The notes under the pieces: generated by a model
Database searches by the model: none
What the model saw: the letters and a program-made list of their open reading frames with translations, nothing else
Told to the model about the DNA's origin: nothing
Shown: positions 55,211 to 64,000 of the stretch, piece by piece
Numbering within the stretch: the first letter of the stretch is position 1
Layout of the letters: each line of letters opens with the position of its first letter
NCBI GenBank assembly: GCA_964508745.1
Contig: CAZDVL010000001.1
Span: forward strand, 2,603-66,602
Origin: an uncultured Anaerolineaceae bacterium
GTDB taxonomy: Bacteria > Chloroflexota > Anaerolineae > Aggregatilineales > Phototrophicaceae
Direction: 5' to 3'
DNA length: 64,000 bases
Position numbers and translations under genes: made by a program

Positions 55211-55692
55211 TTCGCTTCGCTGCTGAAACTGACGCCGCCGCCATCAGCCGCCTGTGGTCCAAGCTGGTGGCGTACCACCGGGCGCTGGACCCCGACATGC
55301 CCGCTGCGGCGCCGGACGGCGCCGCGCGCTACAGCCGCAGCCTGATTGACCGGCTGGAGGATCATCACACCTGCGTGCTGGTCGCCGAGCAGGACGGCCT
55401 GGTGGTGGGGTATGTGTTAGGCGTGGTGGTGGACCTGATGCCGGAGATGTTCGATTACGAGCCGGGCGGGTTTCTGGCCGATATTTTTGTCGAGGCAGAA
55501 TACCGGGGGCGGGGCATCGGCCTGGCCCTGGTTGAGGCGCTGGCCGGGTGGTTCCGGCAGCGCGGGCTGCGCCATTTTGAATGGCACGTGGCCGCCAGCA
55601 ACGCGAACGCGCTGGCCTTCTGGCGAAAGGTCGGCGGGCGCGACTTTATGATCCGCATGCGGGCGGACATCGGGCCGGGCGGCGGCGCATGA
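55195..55692 (+). CDS. GNAT-family N-acetyltransferase (copy 2)
   Basis: The sequence is IRFAAETDAAAISRLW...ADIFVEAEYRGRGIGLALVEALAGWFRQRG. An alternative GTG at 55207 forms a GTGA overlap with the copy-1 stop. Confidence 0.8.
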   Translation: MGETVIRFAAETDAAAISRLWSKLVAYHRALDPDMPAAAPDGAARYSRSLIDRLEDHHTCVLVAEQDGLVVGYVLGVVVDLMPEMFDYEPGGFLADIFVEAEYRGRGIGLALVEALAGWFRQRGLRHFEWHVAASNANALAFWRKVGGRDFMIRMRADIGPGGGA

Positions 55693-56399
55693 CCGAGCTG
55701 CTGTATCAGACGGACAGCTATATCAAAGAGTTCACGGCGCTGGTGACGGCGGTTGACGCTGACCAGCGCGCCGTTTATCTGGACCGGTCGGCGTTTTATC
55801 CGGGCGGCGGCGGCCAGCCGCATGACACCGGCGCGCTGATCGGCGGTGAACAGACATACAGCGTGGCGCAGGTGGGGCGCGGCGGCGCGCATATCATCGG
55901 CGGCGCAGACCTGCCGACTGTTGGCGCGGAGGTGCGCGGCGTGCTCGACTGGGCGCGGCGCTACCAGTTGATGCGCACCCACACGGCCATGCATATTCTG
56001 TGCGGCGTCGTCTGGCGCGACTACGGCGCCAGCGTGACCGGCGGCAATATGGAGCCGCTCAAGGGGCGCATGGATTTTGAATTTGAACGCCTGCAAAAAG
56101 ACCTGGTGAGCGAAATTGAGGCGCGCGTCAACGCCGAGGCCGCCGCCGCTCACGATGTTGTGGTGCGCATTCTGCCGCGCGACGAGGCCTTTCGGATTCC
56201 CGACCTGATCCGCACCAAAATCAACCTGCTGCCGGAGGGGATAGCTCAGGTCAGAACTGTCGAGCTGGTCGGGCTGGACCTGCAGGCCGACGGCGGCACG
56301 CACGTCGCCAACACGCGCGAAGTGGGCCGCATTCGCGTTGTGGATTACAAAAGCAAGGGCGGCATCAACAAGCGCATTTATGTTGAGCTGGACACCTAG
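55689..56399 (+). CDS. AlaX-type Ala-tRNA editing protein (threonyl/alanyl-tRNA synthetase second additional domain)
   Basis: I chose the inner start MTELLYQTDSY, whose ATG overlaps the GNAT stop as ATGA. Motifs are FYPGGGGQPHD, MRTHTAMHIL (HxxxH) and ADGGTHV. Confidence 0.8.
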   Translation: MTELLYQTDSYIKEFTALVTAVDADQRAVYLDRSAFYPGGGGQPHDTGALIGGEQTYSVAQVGRGGAHIIGGADLPTVGAEVRGVLDWARRYQLMRTHTAMHILCGVVWRDYGASVTGGNMEPLKGRMDFEFERLQKDLVSEIEARVNAEAAAAHDVVVRILPRDEAFRIPDLIRTKINLLPEGIAQVRTVELVGLDLQADGGTHVANTREVGRIRVVDYKSKGGINKRIYVELDT

Positions 56400-56403
56400 C
56401 GCC

Positions 56404-57108
56404 ATGCGCCGCCTGCACCCCGTTCTGCCGGCTGAGAGCTTCGTCGCCAGCGGCGTGTACCGGTATACCGCCCTCGGCGAAGTTGAACACTGGAGCGTGC
56501 ACGGGCAGCCGGGGGGCGCGCTGCTGCTTCGCGTGGACCGTGACCGGCGCGCTGTGGACGGGCGCAGCCTGCTGATCGAGGCGTGGGCCACGCCCGCGGG
56601 CGCGGTTGAACGGTTCAGCCTGCGAGCGTATGGCGGGCCGGGGGACTCGTTCCGGGTTGCGCGCGCGGATTTTGTGCTGAACGGCCTGCGTGTGGAGGTT
56701 GGCCACAGCCTGGACGGCGCGCCGCGCCAGGACTCCGTGCTGGCCCTGCCAGCCCCCGCGTGCGCCTGCCCGGACGCGGTGAGCTTCCGCGGGCAGGCCG
56801 TGCGCTGCGCCGTCCGGCGGGCTTCGTCCGTGGTGCTGGTGACGCACACGGCGTTCGACGGCGAGCAGCCTTTTTCCGGCGCGGCAGTGCCCGCCGCCAG
56901 CCTGCCCGTGTGGGCTGAAAGCGGCGCTGTCAGCGTGGATGGGCGCGAAATACCGGCGCAGCGCTGGCGCTGGCCGGGCGTGCCGGGGTTCGACGGCGAG
57001 CTGTGGCTGGACGCGCACGGCGCTGTGCTGCGCCACACGCGGCCTGACGCGGTGGAGATCACGCTGGCGCGCTATGCGCGGCGGATGGAGCCAGGCGCAC
57101 ATGATTGA
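56404..57108 (+). CDS. Hypothetical protein (234 aa)
   Basis: I chose the inner ATG of track ORF 56338-57108, 4 nt after the AlaX stop. The protein starts MRRLHPVLPAESFVASGVYRYTALGEVEHWSVHG.... Third positions are GC-rich. I recognise no family. Confidence 0.55.
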   Translation: MRRLHPVLPAESFVASGVYRYTALGEVEHWSVHGQPGGALLLRVDRDRRAVDGRSLLIEAWATPAGAVERFSLRAYGGPGDSFRVARADFVLNGLRVEVGHSLDGAPRQDSVLALPAPACACPDAVSFRGQAVRCAVRRASSVVLVTHTAFDGEQPFSGAAVPAASLPVWAESGAVSVDGREIPAQRWRWPGVPGFDGELWLDAHGAVLRHTRPDAVEITLARYARRMEPGAHD

Positions 57109-58108
57109 ACGTTTCCGCTTGTTTTTAGGCCCGGCGCGGGTGCGCGCTTTTCTGCTGCTGCTGGGCATCACCGGCCTGCTGAGCCTGATGTTAAGCGCGC
57201 TGGCGCCGCAGGCGGAGTGGGCCGCCAGCGCGCAGATCGCGCTCGCGCTGATTTTTTTCGCCGGCGCGGCGGTGATCGTCGGCGGGCGCATGACGCGCGA
57301 GGAACGGGCGCGCTGGTTTTCCATCCTTGGGCCGGCGATTGGCGCGCTGGTGCTGGCGCTGACAGTGCTGCCCAACCTGGCGCTGCCGCTGGCGGGTGTG
57401 GCGGCGGGGTGGGTGGTTGCCGGGCTGATGCTGTTCCGCCCGCGCGCGCCGAAAGCCTACCTGGAGGCGATCAAATATCTGCGCAGCGGCAGCTATGCGG
57501 AAGCGGTCGCGAGCCTGGACGAACTGATTAAGGACAGCCCGGATAACCCCGACTACTACCGCTTGCGAGCGGAGGTGTTCCGGCTGTGGGGCAAGCTCGA
57601 CCGCGCGCGCCGCGATTATCAGCGGATGGCGGAGATCGCACCTGAGGCGGCGGTGGCGTTCAATGGGCTGGCCGAGGTGCATCTTCAGTCCGGCCGGTTT
57701 GACGAGGCGCACGCCGCCGCCCTGAAAGCCTATGAACTGGCCCCGCATGAGTGGGTGGCGGCGTACAACCTGGGCATGATCGAGGACCGGCTGGCCGACG
57801 CGGAGGCCGCGGTGAGGCATTTGACCGAGGCGCTGACGTTGAAGGTTCCAGACGCGCGCCACCGGCTGCTGATTCACCTGTATCTGGCGCGGGCCTACGC
57901 GCGCCTGGGCGATCTGTCGGCGGCGTCCGATGCGACGGCGCAGGTTGTCCGGCACCGCAGCGGCCTGCAGGAGTGGCAGTCGCTGCTGGAATATGAGGAG
58001 GCGGCGACGCTGCGCGCGGTGCTGGCGGACGATATCGCGCTGGCGGGCCGCCTGGCCGCCGGCGAGATCACCGCTGCCGCGCTGGGGCAGGGCGAGTCGG
58101 CGCGATGA
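57101..58108 (+). CDS. Membrane-anchored TPR protein, paralog 1 (335 aa)
   Basis: I chose the inner ATG 57101 (MIERFRLFLGP...). It has four N-terminal hydrophobic helices and then TPR units (YAEAVASLDELIKDSPDNPDYYRLRAEVF...). It overlaps the upstream ORF by 8 nt. Confidence 0.7.
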   Translation: MIERFRLFLGPARVRAFLLLLGITGLLSLMLSALAPQAEWAASAQIALALIFFAGAAVIVGGRMTREERARWFSILGPAIGALVLALTVLPNLALPLAGVAAGWVVAGLMLFRPRAPKAYLEAIKYLRSGSYAEAVASLDELIKDSPDNPDYYRLRAEVFRLWGKLDRARRDYQRMAEIAPEAAVAFNGLAEVHLQSGRFDEAHAAALKAYELAPHEWVAAYNLGMIEDRLADAEAAVRHLTEALTLKVPDARHRLLIHLYLARAYARLGDLSAASDATAQVVRHRSGLQEWQSLLEYEEAATLRAVLADDIALAGRLAAGEITAAALGQGESAR

Positions 58109-58977
58109 ACCGGCGCGTTTACTGGCTGGCGCTGTTCGGGGCGGCGGGCGTGGGGGTGGCCGGCCTGCTGGTGTTTGTGGGCGGGTTGGTGGTCGAGCTG
58201 GTGAGCGCGCCCGGCGCGCCCCGGCCGGGGCTGTCGCCGGTGATTCAGTTGGCGCTTGGCGCGCTGTGTCTGGCGTCGGTGATGTTCATGCTGGTGTTCG
58301 CGCTGATCGGCTGGCTGCTGGCGCGCCAGTCGCGCGAGCAGGGGTCAGGCTACGGCGATGCCTACCGGCTGATCGAATCTCTGCGCTTCCGCGAGGCGAT
58401 CCCGCTGCTGGAACGCTCGATCAACGAGGGCAAGGAAACGGCAGAGGTGCTCATGCTGCTGACCAGCGCCTACGCTTATACCGGCCAGCTTGCCAAGGCC
58501 CAGGCCGCGGCTGACCGTTCGGTGCGGCTGTTTCCCAACGACCCCGACGCTTACATTACGCTGGCCAACAACTACCGGATGCAGGCCGCTTACGACGAAG
58601 CTTCGGCGGCGCTGCACCAGGCGGCTGAGCTGGCGCCGAACCAGCCGGCGGTCTGGGCTGAGCTGGGCTTCCTCCAGCTTTTTGCCGGCGACGCGGCAGC
58701 GGCTGAGGCGTCGTTTGAGCGCGCGGCGGCCCACGCTATGCCGTCTATGTACGGCGTGCGCGTGTACTATCACCTGACGCAGCTTTACCAGAAGCGGGGC
58801 GCGGCTGCCGAGGCGGTGCGCGCCAACGCGAAGATGATGAGCGCCCGCGACGGGCTGGTGGCCTGGAAGCCGGCCCTGAGCGCGTTAGAGGGCACGGCGT
58901 ATGGCCAGGCGATGCGCTATGAGATTGCGGCGATCGAGCAGGCGCTGGCCGACGCCGACGCCGGGAACCTGGGCTAG
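58105..58977 (+). CDS. Membrane-anchored TPR protein, paralog 2 (290 aa)
   Basis: Its start forms an ATGA overlap with paralog 1. It has two N-terminal TM helices and then TPR units (FREAIPLLERSINEGKETAEVLMLLTSAY...). Confidence 0.7.
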   Translation: MNRRVYWLALFGAAGVGVAGLLVFVGGLVVELVSAPGAPRPGLSPVIQLALGALCLASVMFMLVFALIGWLLARQSREQGSGYGDAYRLIESLRFREAIPLLERSINEGKETAEVLMLLTSAYAYTGQLAKAQAAADRSVRLFPNDPDAYITLANNYRMQAAYDEASAALHQAAELAPNQPAVWAELGFLQLFAGDAAAAEASFERAAAHAMPSMYGVRVYYHLTQLYQKRGAAAEAVRANAKMMSARDGLVAWKPALSALEGTAYGQAMRYEIAAIEQALADADAGNLG

Positions 58978-59774
58978 TGGTGCGGCGCGGCGCGCGGCGG
59001 CTGCTGACGCAGTTTCGCGCGTGGGATCGGCCCGCCCAACTGGGGCTGGGGCTGGCGCTGGCGCTGATGATCGTGGTGCTGGTCGTGGGGCGCTCGGCGC
59101 CGGACAGCCTGTTCGAGCCGGCGCTGGCCGGGCTGCTGGGCCTGCTGATCGCGGCGCAGGTGATTGTGCTGTGGGCGCGGCGCGGGCTGGTCACGCCGTA
59201 CACGCAGGCGCAGCGGCACTACCTGGCGGGCGAGTTTGAGGCCGCCTGCGCGGTGCTTGAGGGTCTGCGCCAGGCGGACAAGGCCGACTTTCGCGCGCTG
59301 ACGCTGCTTGGGAACGCCTACCGCCAGCGGGGCGCGCTGGCTGAGAGCGCGGCTGCGCTGCAGGACGCGCTGGCGTTACAGCCAAATCACAATTTTCCCC
59401 TGTATGGTTTTGGGCGTACACTGCTGGTACAGGGACGCTACGCCGAAGCCGCCGCCGTGTTCGAGCGCGCGCTCGCGGCTGGCGCGCCGCCGGTCGCCCA
59501 CCTGGACGCCGCTGAAGCCTGTTATCGGCTGGGGGATGCGGCGGCGGCGCGCGAACAGCTCGCGGCGGCCGGCGCGGTGGACGAAGCGCACCGCCAGCTG
59601 CTGCGGGCCTGCCTGCTGCACTGGCTTGACGGCGGCGATCCGCCTGACGCGGCCCTGATTCAGGCCGGCATCGCCCATTGGGAGGCGAGCGCGGCGCGCT
59701 TCGCCGCTTCGCCCTACGGGGAGGCGCTGGCCGTTGATGTTCGCTGGCTGCAAGCACGCCTTGAGGAGCTGTGA
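58977..59774 (+). CDS. Membrane-anchored TPR protein, paralog 3 (265 aa)
   Basis: Its GTG start overlaps the TAG of paralog 2 (TAGTG). It has two TM helices and then TPR units (YLAGEFEAACAVLEGLRQADKADFRALTLLGNAY...). Confidence 0.65.
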   Translation: MVRRGARRLLTQFRAWDRPAQLGLGLALALMIVVLVVGRSAPDSLFEPALAGLLGLLIAAQVIVLWARRGLVTPYTQAQRHYLAGEFEAACAVLEGLRQADKADFRALTLLGNAYRQRGALAESAAALQDALALQPNHNFPLYGFGRTLLVQGRYAEAAAVFERALAAGAPPVAHLDAAEACYRLGDAAAAREQLAAAGAVDEAHRQLLRACLLHWLDGGDPPDAALIQAGIAHWEASAARFAASPYGEALAVDVRWLQARLEEL

Positions 59775-59777
59775 AGC

Positions 59778-60287
59778 ATGTCGATTTTCATGGGACGTGA
59801 CGGCAGTATTTCGGTCTTTCGTGTCGCGCTGGCGGTCGCGCTGGTGGGCATTCTGTTCATCGGCGGGGCGCTGCTGACGTTCTTTATTGACCAGTCCAGC
59901 CGCCAGTCCCCGCTGGAGATTGAGCCGTTCCCTGGCGCTGAGGCGCGCGGCGAGATTCCCCGCGGGCCGGCGGCGCGCAGCCTGATCTTCCGCGTGAGCG
60001 ACGCCTCGCCGGAGGAGGTGGCGGAGTACTACCAGCAGAAGCTGACCGCGTTCAGCGGGGACGACCCGCAGGAGTGCGCCCGCATCCCGCGCGTCGGGTC
60101 TTATCCAGAGGCGGAAGGGCGCAACGATGTGGTTCCCTTCCAATACATCTGCCACTTTGACCGCTCCGGTTTTCGCGCCACGCAGTACACCAAAGTGACG
60201 ATCCAGCCGGGCATTTTCAGCACGAACGCCGACGAGAACACGCTGGGCTACACCATGATCGAGCATGAGCAGCGCTGGCAGCCCTGA
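59778..60287 (+). CDS. N-terminally anchored hypothetical protein (169 aa)
   Basis: The TM helix is VFRVALAVALVGILFIGGALLTFFI, followed by ...SPEEVAEYYQQKLTAF...ECARIP...YICHF. It starts 3 nt after the previous stop. Confidence 0.6.
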   Translation: MSIFMGRDGSISVFRVALAVALVGILFIGGALLTFFIDQSSRQSPLEIEPFPGAEARGEIPRGPAARSLIFRVSDASPEEVAEYYQQKLTAFSGDDPQECARIPRVGSYPEAEGRNDVVPFQYICHFDRSGFRATQYTKVTIQPGIFSTNADENTLGYTMIEHEQRWQP

Positions 60288-60756
60288 GCCGCGCGCCCGC
60301 TGGCGCTGGCTGCTGCTGGCGCTGGCGTTTGGCGTGTGCGGGCTGCTGTTCGCGGCGACGGTGGGCGCCCAGGCGGTGGGGGTGCTGGCGGCGATTGCCG
60401 CCCCGCCAGAGCCGCCTGTGCCTGGCGGCGCCGCGCTGACCGCGCACAGCAGCGCGGCGCACGGCGTGGATGTGTGGGAATACAGCGTGGACCTGGCGCC
60501 GTGCGACACGGTCACATTTTATCAGGCCCAGGGGGGAAGCTGCGCTGTGCGCGCGGGCTGGTGCGACGGCGATGACCCCGGCGTGCTGGAAATTGACGTG
60601 GCGCGCTGTGTGGGCGACGCGGCGTTTTCGGCTTTTGCGCTGCGCTGGCGGGCAGAAATTGCCGCCGGCGCGCAGCCGAACACAACCTGGCTGACGCTGG
60701 AGCGCGAGGTGTCGTGGATGGGCGGGCTGCCGCCAGAGACTGTTACACCCCCCTGA
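60265..60756 (+). CDS. N-terminally anchored Cys-containing hypothetical protein (163 aa)
   Basis: The TM helix is WRWLLLALAFGVCGLLFAATVGA, followed by ...APCDTVTFYQAQGGSCAVRAGWCDGDD...ARCVGD. It overlaps the previous ORF by 23 nt. Confidence 0.55.
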   Translation: MSSAGSPEPRARWRWLLLALAFGVCGLLFAATVGAQAVGVLAAIAAPPEPPVPGGAALTAHSSAAHGVDVWEYSVDLAPCDTVTFYQAQGGSCAVRAGWCDGDDPGVLEIDVARCVGDAAFSAFALRWRAEIAAGAQPNTTWLTLEREVSWMGGLPPETVTPP

Positions 60757-60760
60757 TTGC

Positions 60761-60795
60761 CCCTACCCGAATCGCACAGCGTAGGGAATAATTAC
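60761..60795 (+). terminator. Weak terminator-like hairpin after the nine-gene operon
   Basis: CCCTAC (60761-60766) pairs with GTAGGG (60781-60786) around a 14-nt loop and is followed by the A/T-rich AATAATTAC. The stem is short and the loop large. Confidence 0.25.
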
Positions 60796-60960
60796 GACCT
60801 TCATCAACACAGCAGCACAGCAGCGAAGCGACGCGCGCAGGAGGTGCTATCGTGGTGTCGAGACATGCGCTCGCACCGCGGGTCATTGCCAGGCTGAAGG
60901 GATACGCCGGCTAAGTTCTGTTGACATTACGCCCCTCAGATGAACAGTGGAGATGACACC

Positions 60961-63900
60961 ATGTTCAAGGCAGTGAACCCGAAGGTGGATATCCAGAAAC
61001 TTGAGCGCGAGCAGCTTAGTTTCTGGCGCTTGAACCGCATCTTTGAACGCACGATGGAGGAGCGCAAGGGCGGGCCGAACTACGTGTTTTACGAAGGGCC
61101 GCCCACTGCCAACGGGCGCCCTGGCAGCCATCATGTGCTGGCGCGCTCCTTCAAGGACATGTTCCCGCGCTATAAAACGATGCAGGGCTTCTACTCGCTG
61201 CGCCGCAGCGGGTGGGACACGCACGGCCTGCCGGTCGAGATCGAGGTTGAAAAAGAGCTGGGCATCACCCACAAGCACGAGATCGAAGCCTACGGCATCG
61301 CGGCCTTCAACGAGAAGTGCAAAACCAGCGTGCTGCGCTATATTGCCGACTGGGAAAAGCTCACCGAGCGGATGGGCTACTGGGCTGACCTGGATGACGC
61401 CTATGTCACGTTTACCAACGACTACATCCAGAGCGTCTGGTGGATTCTCAGGCAGCTTTGGGACAAGGACCTGATCTACAAGGGGCTGAAGGTCGTGCCC
61501 TACTGCGCCCGCTGCGGCACGCCGTTAAGTACGCACGAGGTGTCGCTGGGCTACGAGACCGTCAGGGACCCCAGCGTGTACGTGCGTTTCCCGCTGCGCG
61601 ACAGGCCGGGCGTGTATTTCCTCGCCTGGACGACGACTCCCTGGACGCTGCCGGCCAATGTGGCGCTGGCGGTGGGCGAGAACCTGGATTATGTGCAGGT
61701 GGAAGGCCCCGCGCCGCAGGGTGACGGTGTTGAGAACCTGATTCTGGCGGAGGAGCTGGTCAGCCGCGTGCTGGTCAACCCTGATCAGTATCGCGTGGTC
61801 AAACGGTTCAAGGGCAAGGCCCTGCTGGGCGAGCACTATCGCCCGCTTTACACCTTCCTGCCCGTGGACCGCAACTACGCTTATGTGGTGCCGGGCAGCT
61901 TTGTGAGCACCGAGGACGGCACCGGCATCGTCCATATCGCGCCGGCCTACGGCGCTGACGACATGGAAGTGGGCAAGGCCCATAACCTGCCGGTGCTGCA
62001 AACGGTCGCGCCGGACGGCACCTTCATTGACGCCGTGACCGAGTTTCGCGGCATGTGGGTGAAGGACGCTGACTCTGAGATCCGCCACGACCTGTTACAG
62101 CGCGGCCTGCTTTACAAAGCTGAGCTTTACGAGCACAGCTACCCGTTCTGCTGGCGCTGTGGCACGCCGCTGCTGTATTTCGCGCGCGACAGCTGGTTTA
62201 TCCGCACGACGGCGTACCGCGATAAGCTAGTGGCGCTCAACAGGACGATCAACTGGGTGCCGGAACATATCCGCGATGGGCGTTTTGGCAACTGGCTGGA
62301 GGATGTCAAGGACTGGGCGCTGGGGCGCGAGCGCTTCTGGGGCACGCCGCTGCCGGTGTGGGTGGATGACCAGACGGGCGATATGCTGTGTGTGGGCGGC
62401 GTGGAAGAGCTGAGCCAGCTTGCCGGGCGCGACCTGTCCGGGCTGGACCTGCACCGGCCCTTTGTGGACGAGATCACCTTCCCCAACCCCAGCGGCAAAG
62501 GCGGCACGATGCGCCGCGTGCCGGAGCTGATTGACGTGTGGTTCGACAGCGGCGCGATGCCGGTGGCGCAGTGGGGCTACCCTTACGCCAACCAGCAGTT
62601 GTTTGAGGAACAGTTCCCGGCAGACTACATCTGTGAAGCTGTTGACCAGACGCGCGGCTGGTTCTACAGCCTGCACGCCATCAGCACGCTGCTGTTCGAG
62701 GAAGTGTGCTTCAGGAACGTTATCTGCCTGGGCCACATTCTTGATGGCGAGGGGCAGAAGATGTCCAAGACCAAAGGGAATATCGTTGATCCCTGGTCGG
62801 TGCTGGACGTGCACGGGGCTGATGCCTTCCGCTGGTATCTGTACACGTCCGGCCCGCCCGGCGAGCCGCGCCGTTTCTCCGCTGAGCTGGTGGGCGAGGT
62901 CATCAAGAAGTTCTGGTCCACGCTGTGGAACACCTACAGCTTCTTCGTCACCTACGCCAACCTGGATGGGTGGACCCCGGCCAGCCCGCCGCCGCCTGTG
63001 GCGGAGCGCGATCCGCTGGACCGCTGGGTGCTGGCGGAGCTGCACCGCCTGGTGCGCGATGTCACGAAAGCCTACGACGAGTACGACGTGCCCGGCGCGA
63101 CCCGCCCGGTGCAGGTGTTCGTTGAGGCGCTGAGCAACTGGTATGTGCGCCTCAGCCGCCGCCGCTTCTGGAAAAGCGAGAGCGACAGCGACAAGCTGGG
63201 CGCGTATGCCACGCTGTATGAATGCCTGGTGACGGTGGCCAAACTGATCGCGCCGGCCATGCCCTTCCTCAGCGAAGCGCTCTATAACAACCTGGTGTAC
63301 GAAATGGACGCCAAAGCGCCCATGAGCGTGCACCTGACCCGCTGGCCGGCGCACGACCCGGCGCTGATTGACGAGCGCGCGCTGGCCGATATGGCGCTGG
63401 TGCAGCGGCTGGTCAGCCTGGGGCTGGCGGCGCGCATGACCGCCAAGCAGCGCGTGCGCCAACCGCTGCCGCGCGCTGAGTTCGCGCTGCGCGACGCCGC
63501 CGAGACGCCGGTGATCGAGCGCCTGGCGGACCTGATCCAGAGCGAGCTGAACGTGAAGGCAGTGGGGGTTGTCCGCGCGGACGACGCGCGCAGCCTGGTG
63601 AGCGTGATCTACAGCCTGAACCCGCTGCCACAGCTTCTCGGCAAGAAGTACGGCAAGGATTTTCGGCGGCTGCAAAGCGCGCTGCGCGAGGGCGAGCAGG
63701 CGTTTGTCAGGCCGGTCGCTGAGGCGCTGCTGCGCGGCGAAAACGCCCAGGTGGCTGTGGACGGCGACGTGTTCGAGGTGACGCCGGAGGAAGTCGAGGT
63801 CAAGGCGCTGCGCGAGGTCACCGAGGGTTACGCGCTGGCCGAGGAAGCGGGTTACGTGGCGGTGCTGGACACGCGGCTGACGCCGAAGCTGATCAATGAG

Positions 63901-64000
63901 GGGTTGGCGCGCGAGGTGGTGCGCCGGGTGCAGACAATGCGCCGCGACGCCGATTTCAACATCAACGACGCAATCGTCATCACCTACGCCGCCGGCGACC
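60961..64000 (+). CDS. ileS: Isoleucyl-tRNA synthetase, 5' portion (continues beyond the right edge)
   Basis: It is not in the track because no stop falls in the window. It starts at ATG 60961 with GGAG 8 nt upstream. The N-terminus reads MFKAVNPKVDIQKLEREQLSFW...YEGPPTANGRPGSHHVLAR...GWDTHGLPVE. The in-frame KMSKT motif lies at 62758-62772. The frame stays open to 64000. Confidence 0.9.
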   Translation, partial: MFKAVNPKVDIQKLEREQLSFWRLNRIFERTMEERKGGPNYVFYEGPPTANGRPGSHHVLARSFKDMFPRYKTMQGFYSLRRSGWDTHGLPVEIEVEKELGITHKHEIEAYGIAAFNEKCKTSVLRYIADWEKLTERMGYWADLDDAYVTFTNDYIQSVWWILRQLWDKDLIYKGLKVVPYCARCGTPLSTHEVSLGYETVRDPSVYVRFPLRDRPGVYFLAWTTTPWTLPANVALAVGENLDYVQVEGPAPQGDGVENLILAEELVSRVLVNPDQYRVVKRFKGKALLGEHYRPLYTFLPVDRNYAYVVPGSFVSTEDGTGIVHIAPAYGADDMEVGKAHNLPVLQTVAPDGTFIDAVTEFRGMWVKDADSEIRHDLLQRGLLYKAELYEHSYPFCWRCGTPLLYFARDSWFIRTTAYRDKLVALNRTINWVPEHIRDGRFGNWLEDVKDWALGRERFWGTPLPVWVDDQTGDMLCVGGVEELSQLAGRDLSGLDLHRPFVDEITFPNPSGKGGTMRRVPELIDVWFDSGAMPVAQWGYPYANQQLFEEQFPADYICEAVDQTRGWFYSLHAISTLLFEEVCFRNVICLGHILDGEGQKMSKTKGNIVDPWSVLDVHGADAFRWYLYTSGPPGEPRRFSAELVGEVIKKFWSTLWNTYSFFVTYANLDGWTPASPPPPVAERDPLDRWVLAELHRLVRDVTKAYDEYDVPGATRPVQVFVEALSNWYVRLSRRRFWKSESDSDKLGAYATLYECLVTVAKLIAPAMPFLSEALYNNLVYEMDAKAPMSVHLTRWPAHDPALIDERALADMALVQRLVSLGLAARMTAKQRVRQPLPRAEFALRDAAETPVIERLADLIQSELNVKAVGVVRADDARSLVSVIYSLNPLPQLLGKKYGKDFRRLQSALREGEQAFVRPVAEALLRGENAQVAVDGDVFEVTPEEVEVKALREVTEGYALAEEAGYVAVLDTRLTPKLINEGLAREVVRRVQTMRRDADFNINDAIVITYAAGD

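Noticed and set aside
60757-60960. A possible T-box or other riboswitch-like leader in the 204-nt region upstream of ileS.
   Set aside because: An AUCA (Ile codon plus purine) and a UGGU are present. I could not find the conserved T-box sequence (GGGUGGUACCGCG-like), a convincing Stem I with a GA/K-turn, or a terminator or SD-sequestering helix. A covariance-model scan (Rfam T-box, RF00230) would settle it.

Overview
This is a 64-kb, high-GC, gene-dense bacterial chromosomal segment with about 50 genes on both strands. Gene content and protein style look Chloroflexota-like, but that is only an inference. I found no rRNA, tRNA, CRISPR array, transposase or integrase. One uninterrupted 12.3-kb gene (4261-16584, minus strand) dominates the window. 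It encodes a 4107-aa, N-terminally anchored protein. From N to C it has P/T/E/A linkers, two DUF1080/LamG-like domains, a subtilisin-type (S8) protease domain with an identifiable Asp/His/Ser triad, and a right-handed beta-helix region. It ends with 14 consecutive two-cysteine beta-rich modules that I cannot assign to a named family. The last eight modules form four tandem copies of an A-B di-module. The rest of the window is mostly housekeeping: psuG plus a PfkB kinase, a split radical-SAM/DUF2344 pair, DinB, SRAP, ftsK, an S1-domain protein and a primary-like sigma factor with a LiaF-like protein and a GNAT. There is also a GldA/F/G-like ABC-2 operon, argC-argB-argD-argJ-carA-carB with a coupled DMT transporter, and a fadR / AGPS-like flavoprotein / glpD operon. 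Further genes are a TGS-uridine-kinase fusion, an FHA protein, hpt, a CCA-type nucleotidyltransferase, rsmD, a URO-D-like protein and a large polytopic membrane protein. The right end holds a tightly coupled nine-gene operon (two GNATs, AlaX, one hypothetical, three paralogous TM-TPR proteins, two anchored Cys proteins) and the 5' part of ileS. Four regulatory signals are readable by eye: a promoter, Arg-codon-rich leader ORF and intrinsic terminator in front of argC (a candidate arginine attenuator); a near-consensus FadR box upstream of fadR; a perfect TTGACA-17-TATAAT promoter; and several hairpin-plus-U-tract terminators. Many long ORFs in the supplied track are antisense or off-frame artefacts of high GC. 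All family names come from motif recognition by eye, not from searches.
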